A DNA stretch of 32,000 bases from Aciduliprofundum boonei T469. Its GTDB lineage: Archaea > Thermoplasmatota > Thermoplasmata > Thermoplasmatales > Aciduliprofundaceae. Numbering within the stretch: the first letter of the stretch is position 1; the number at the start of each line of letters is the position of its first letter. This document shows, piece by piece, positions 30,852-32,000 of the stretch. The notes under the pieces were generated by a model. That model worked only from the letters and a program-made list of their open reading frames with translations, had not been told where the DNA came from and made no database searches. Made by a program: the position numbers and the translations under genes. The stretch spans positions 450,001-482,000 of the forward strand of contig NC_013926.1 in NCBI RefSeq assembly GCF_000025665.1. The letters run 5' to 3'.

Positions 30852-32000
30852 ATGAAAGAATACGATATCATTGCTTTTGGTACAGGAAGTTCTATGAACA
30901 TAGTATCTCCTCTTTTGCGAGACCCGAATCTCAAAGTGGCGGTCATAGAGAATGAGAAGGCTGGGGGTATATGTCTCACGAGGGGCTGCATACCGAGCAA
31001 GATGCTGATTTATCCTGCGGAAATAATGCATATAATACATCGTGCCAGGGAATTTTATATAGATGCAAAGGCAAAGCCCGATGCTGATGCCATACTTCAC
31101 TATGTACAAAAATCTGTGGATGATGAGAGTAAGATGATTGAGAGGAGCTTAAAGAGTCATCCAAGAATAGATTACTATCAAAAAACAGGCAAGTTTGTGG
31201 ATGATTACACTGTGGATGTTGGAGGGAAGGAGATTTATGGAGAGACCATACTTCTATGCAACGGCTCCAAGGCGTATGTGCCAAAGATAGAAGGGCTCAA
31301 GGAAGTTGGCTATATAACCAATCGTGAGTTTTTCTATTCTCTAAAGCATGTGCCAAAGAGCATCGCTATAATTGGTGGCGGTTATGTGGCCTTAGAGCTC
31401 GGATACTTTTTAGCCATGATGGGAAGCGAAGTGCACATTATTGAAATGCTCCCCGAGATTATAATGACTGAAGAGCCAGAGGCCCGCAAGCTCGTGTATA
31501 AAGAATTGTCAAAATTCATGCATTTCCATCTTGGCTACAAGGCAAAGGAAGCTCGCAAATCCATGGGAAAGAAGGTTGTTTTTGCAGAAAATAAGGATGG
31601 AGAGACCGTGGAAATAAAGGCGGAAGAGGTTTTAGTTGCAGCTGGCAGGGCACCTTGGAACAAGGAAACGCAAGTGGAGAAAACGGGAGTTAAAGTGGAT
31701 GAGCATGGATGGATAGTTGTGGATGAATTTATGCGCACAACCAAGGAAGGCATATGGGCCTGCGGAGATACAAATGGAAAGTATATGTTCAAGCATGTGG
31801 CAAATTATGAAAGTGAGATAGTGTTTTACAATGCGTTTGGGGGAAGAAAGCTAAAGGTGGACTACCACGCAGTGCCCCACGCAATTTTCACTTATCCCCA
31901 AGTTGCTCATGTTGGTATGAAGGAGGAAGATGCGAGGAGAAAGTATGAGATTTTGATCGGCGATTACAAGTATCAAGATACGGCCATGGGCGAGGCCATG
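30852..32000 (+). CDS. Class I pyridine nucleotide-disulfide oxidoreductase (dihydrolipoamide dehydrogenase / mycothione-reductase-like), 3'-truncated by the window end
   Basis: My own translation from ATG 30852 runs 383 codons with no stop to base 32000; the ORF is absent from the track. Motifs: 'YDIIAFGTGSSMN', redox-active 'GGICLTRGCIPSK', second Rossmann 'IAIIGGGYVALELG' and 'GIWACGD'. Confidence 0.88.
   Translation, partial: MKEYDIIAFGTGSSMNIVSPLLRDPNLKVAVIENEKAGGICLTRGCIPSKMLIYPAEIMHIIHRAREFYIDAKAKPDADAILHYVQKSVDDESKMIERSLKSHPRIDYYQKTGKFVDDYTVDVGGKEIYGETILLCNGSKAYVPKIEGLKEVGYITNREFFYSLKHVPKSIAIIGGGYVALELGYFLAMMGSEVHIIEMLPEIIMTEEPEARKLVYKELSKFMHFHLGYKAKEARKSMGKKVVFAENKDGETVEIKAEEVLVAAGRAPWNKETQVEKTGVKVDEHGWIVVDEFMRTTKEGIWACGDTNGKYMFKHVANYESEIVFYNAFGGRKLKVDYHAVPHAIFTYPQVAHVGMKEEDARRKYEILIGDYKYQDTAMGEAM

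Noticed and set aside
30797-31792. Four minus-strand ORFs of 67-102 aa in the track.
   Set aside because: They are antisense to the well-supported disulfide oxidoreductase ORF (30852 to beyond 32000).
1-32000. A search for a CRISPR array, a toxin-antitoxin pair or a defence island.
   Set aside because: I saw no short direct repeats with regular spacing. There are no cas, integrase or transposase-like ORFs. The small RHH and AbrB-type genes are not followed by toxin-sized ORFs: RHH precedes a KaiC-like ATPase and AbrB precedes taw1. Gene content is core housekeeping.

Overview
This is a very gene-dense, AT-rich archaeal chromosomal segment. Euryarchaeal-type hallmarks are TFB, Gar1, RadB, FEN1, aTrm56, Taw1, Dph2, a split GMP synthase B subunit, archaeal-type AspRS and a bulge-helix-bulge (BHB) tRNA intron. 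I call 38 CDS, two of them truncated by the window edges, and one 53-aa zinc-ribbon ORF and one open-ended 383-codon ORF are absent from the supplied track. I also call three tRNAs: Gly-CCC, Ala-CGC and an intron-containing Asp-GUC. Most transcription units have an A/T-rich TATA-like box about 25-28 nt upstream of an ATG, which suggests leaderless mRNAs and led me to shorten several track ORFs at the 5' end. Content is overwhelmingly housekeeping: translation and tRNA modification, purine, PLP and C1 metabolism, and DNA repair. I see no CRISPR array, integrase, transposase or recognisable defence genes, and I do not find compelling evidence for a complete novel system. The most unusual observation is at RNA level: the interior of the tRNA-Asp intron recurs, rearranged, just downstream of tRNA-Gly, and the two loci bracket a bacterial-type L-lysine 6-transaminase gene. 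Weaker leads are five translationally coupled gene sets with uncharacterised partners: RHH + two-domain KaiC-like ATPase; minimal S2P/M50 protease + 1297-aa TPR protein with a non-TPR tail; Dph2 + 97-aa orphan + N-terminally extended PurN; wHTH + 4-TM protein + aTrm56; and MacB-type ABC transporter + DUF123/GIY-YIG. All functional calls rest on motif recognition by eye, and no database search was possible.
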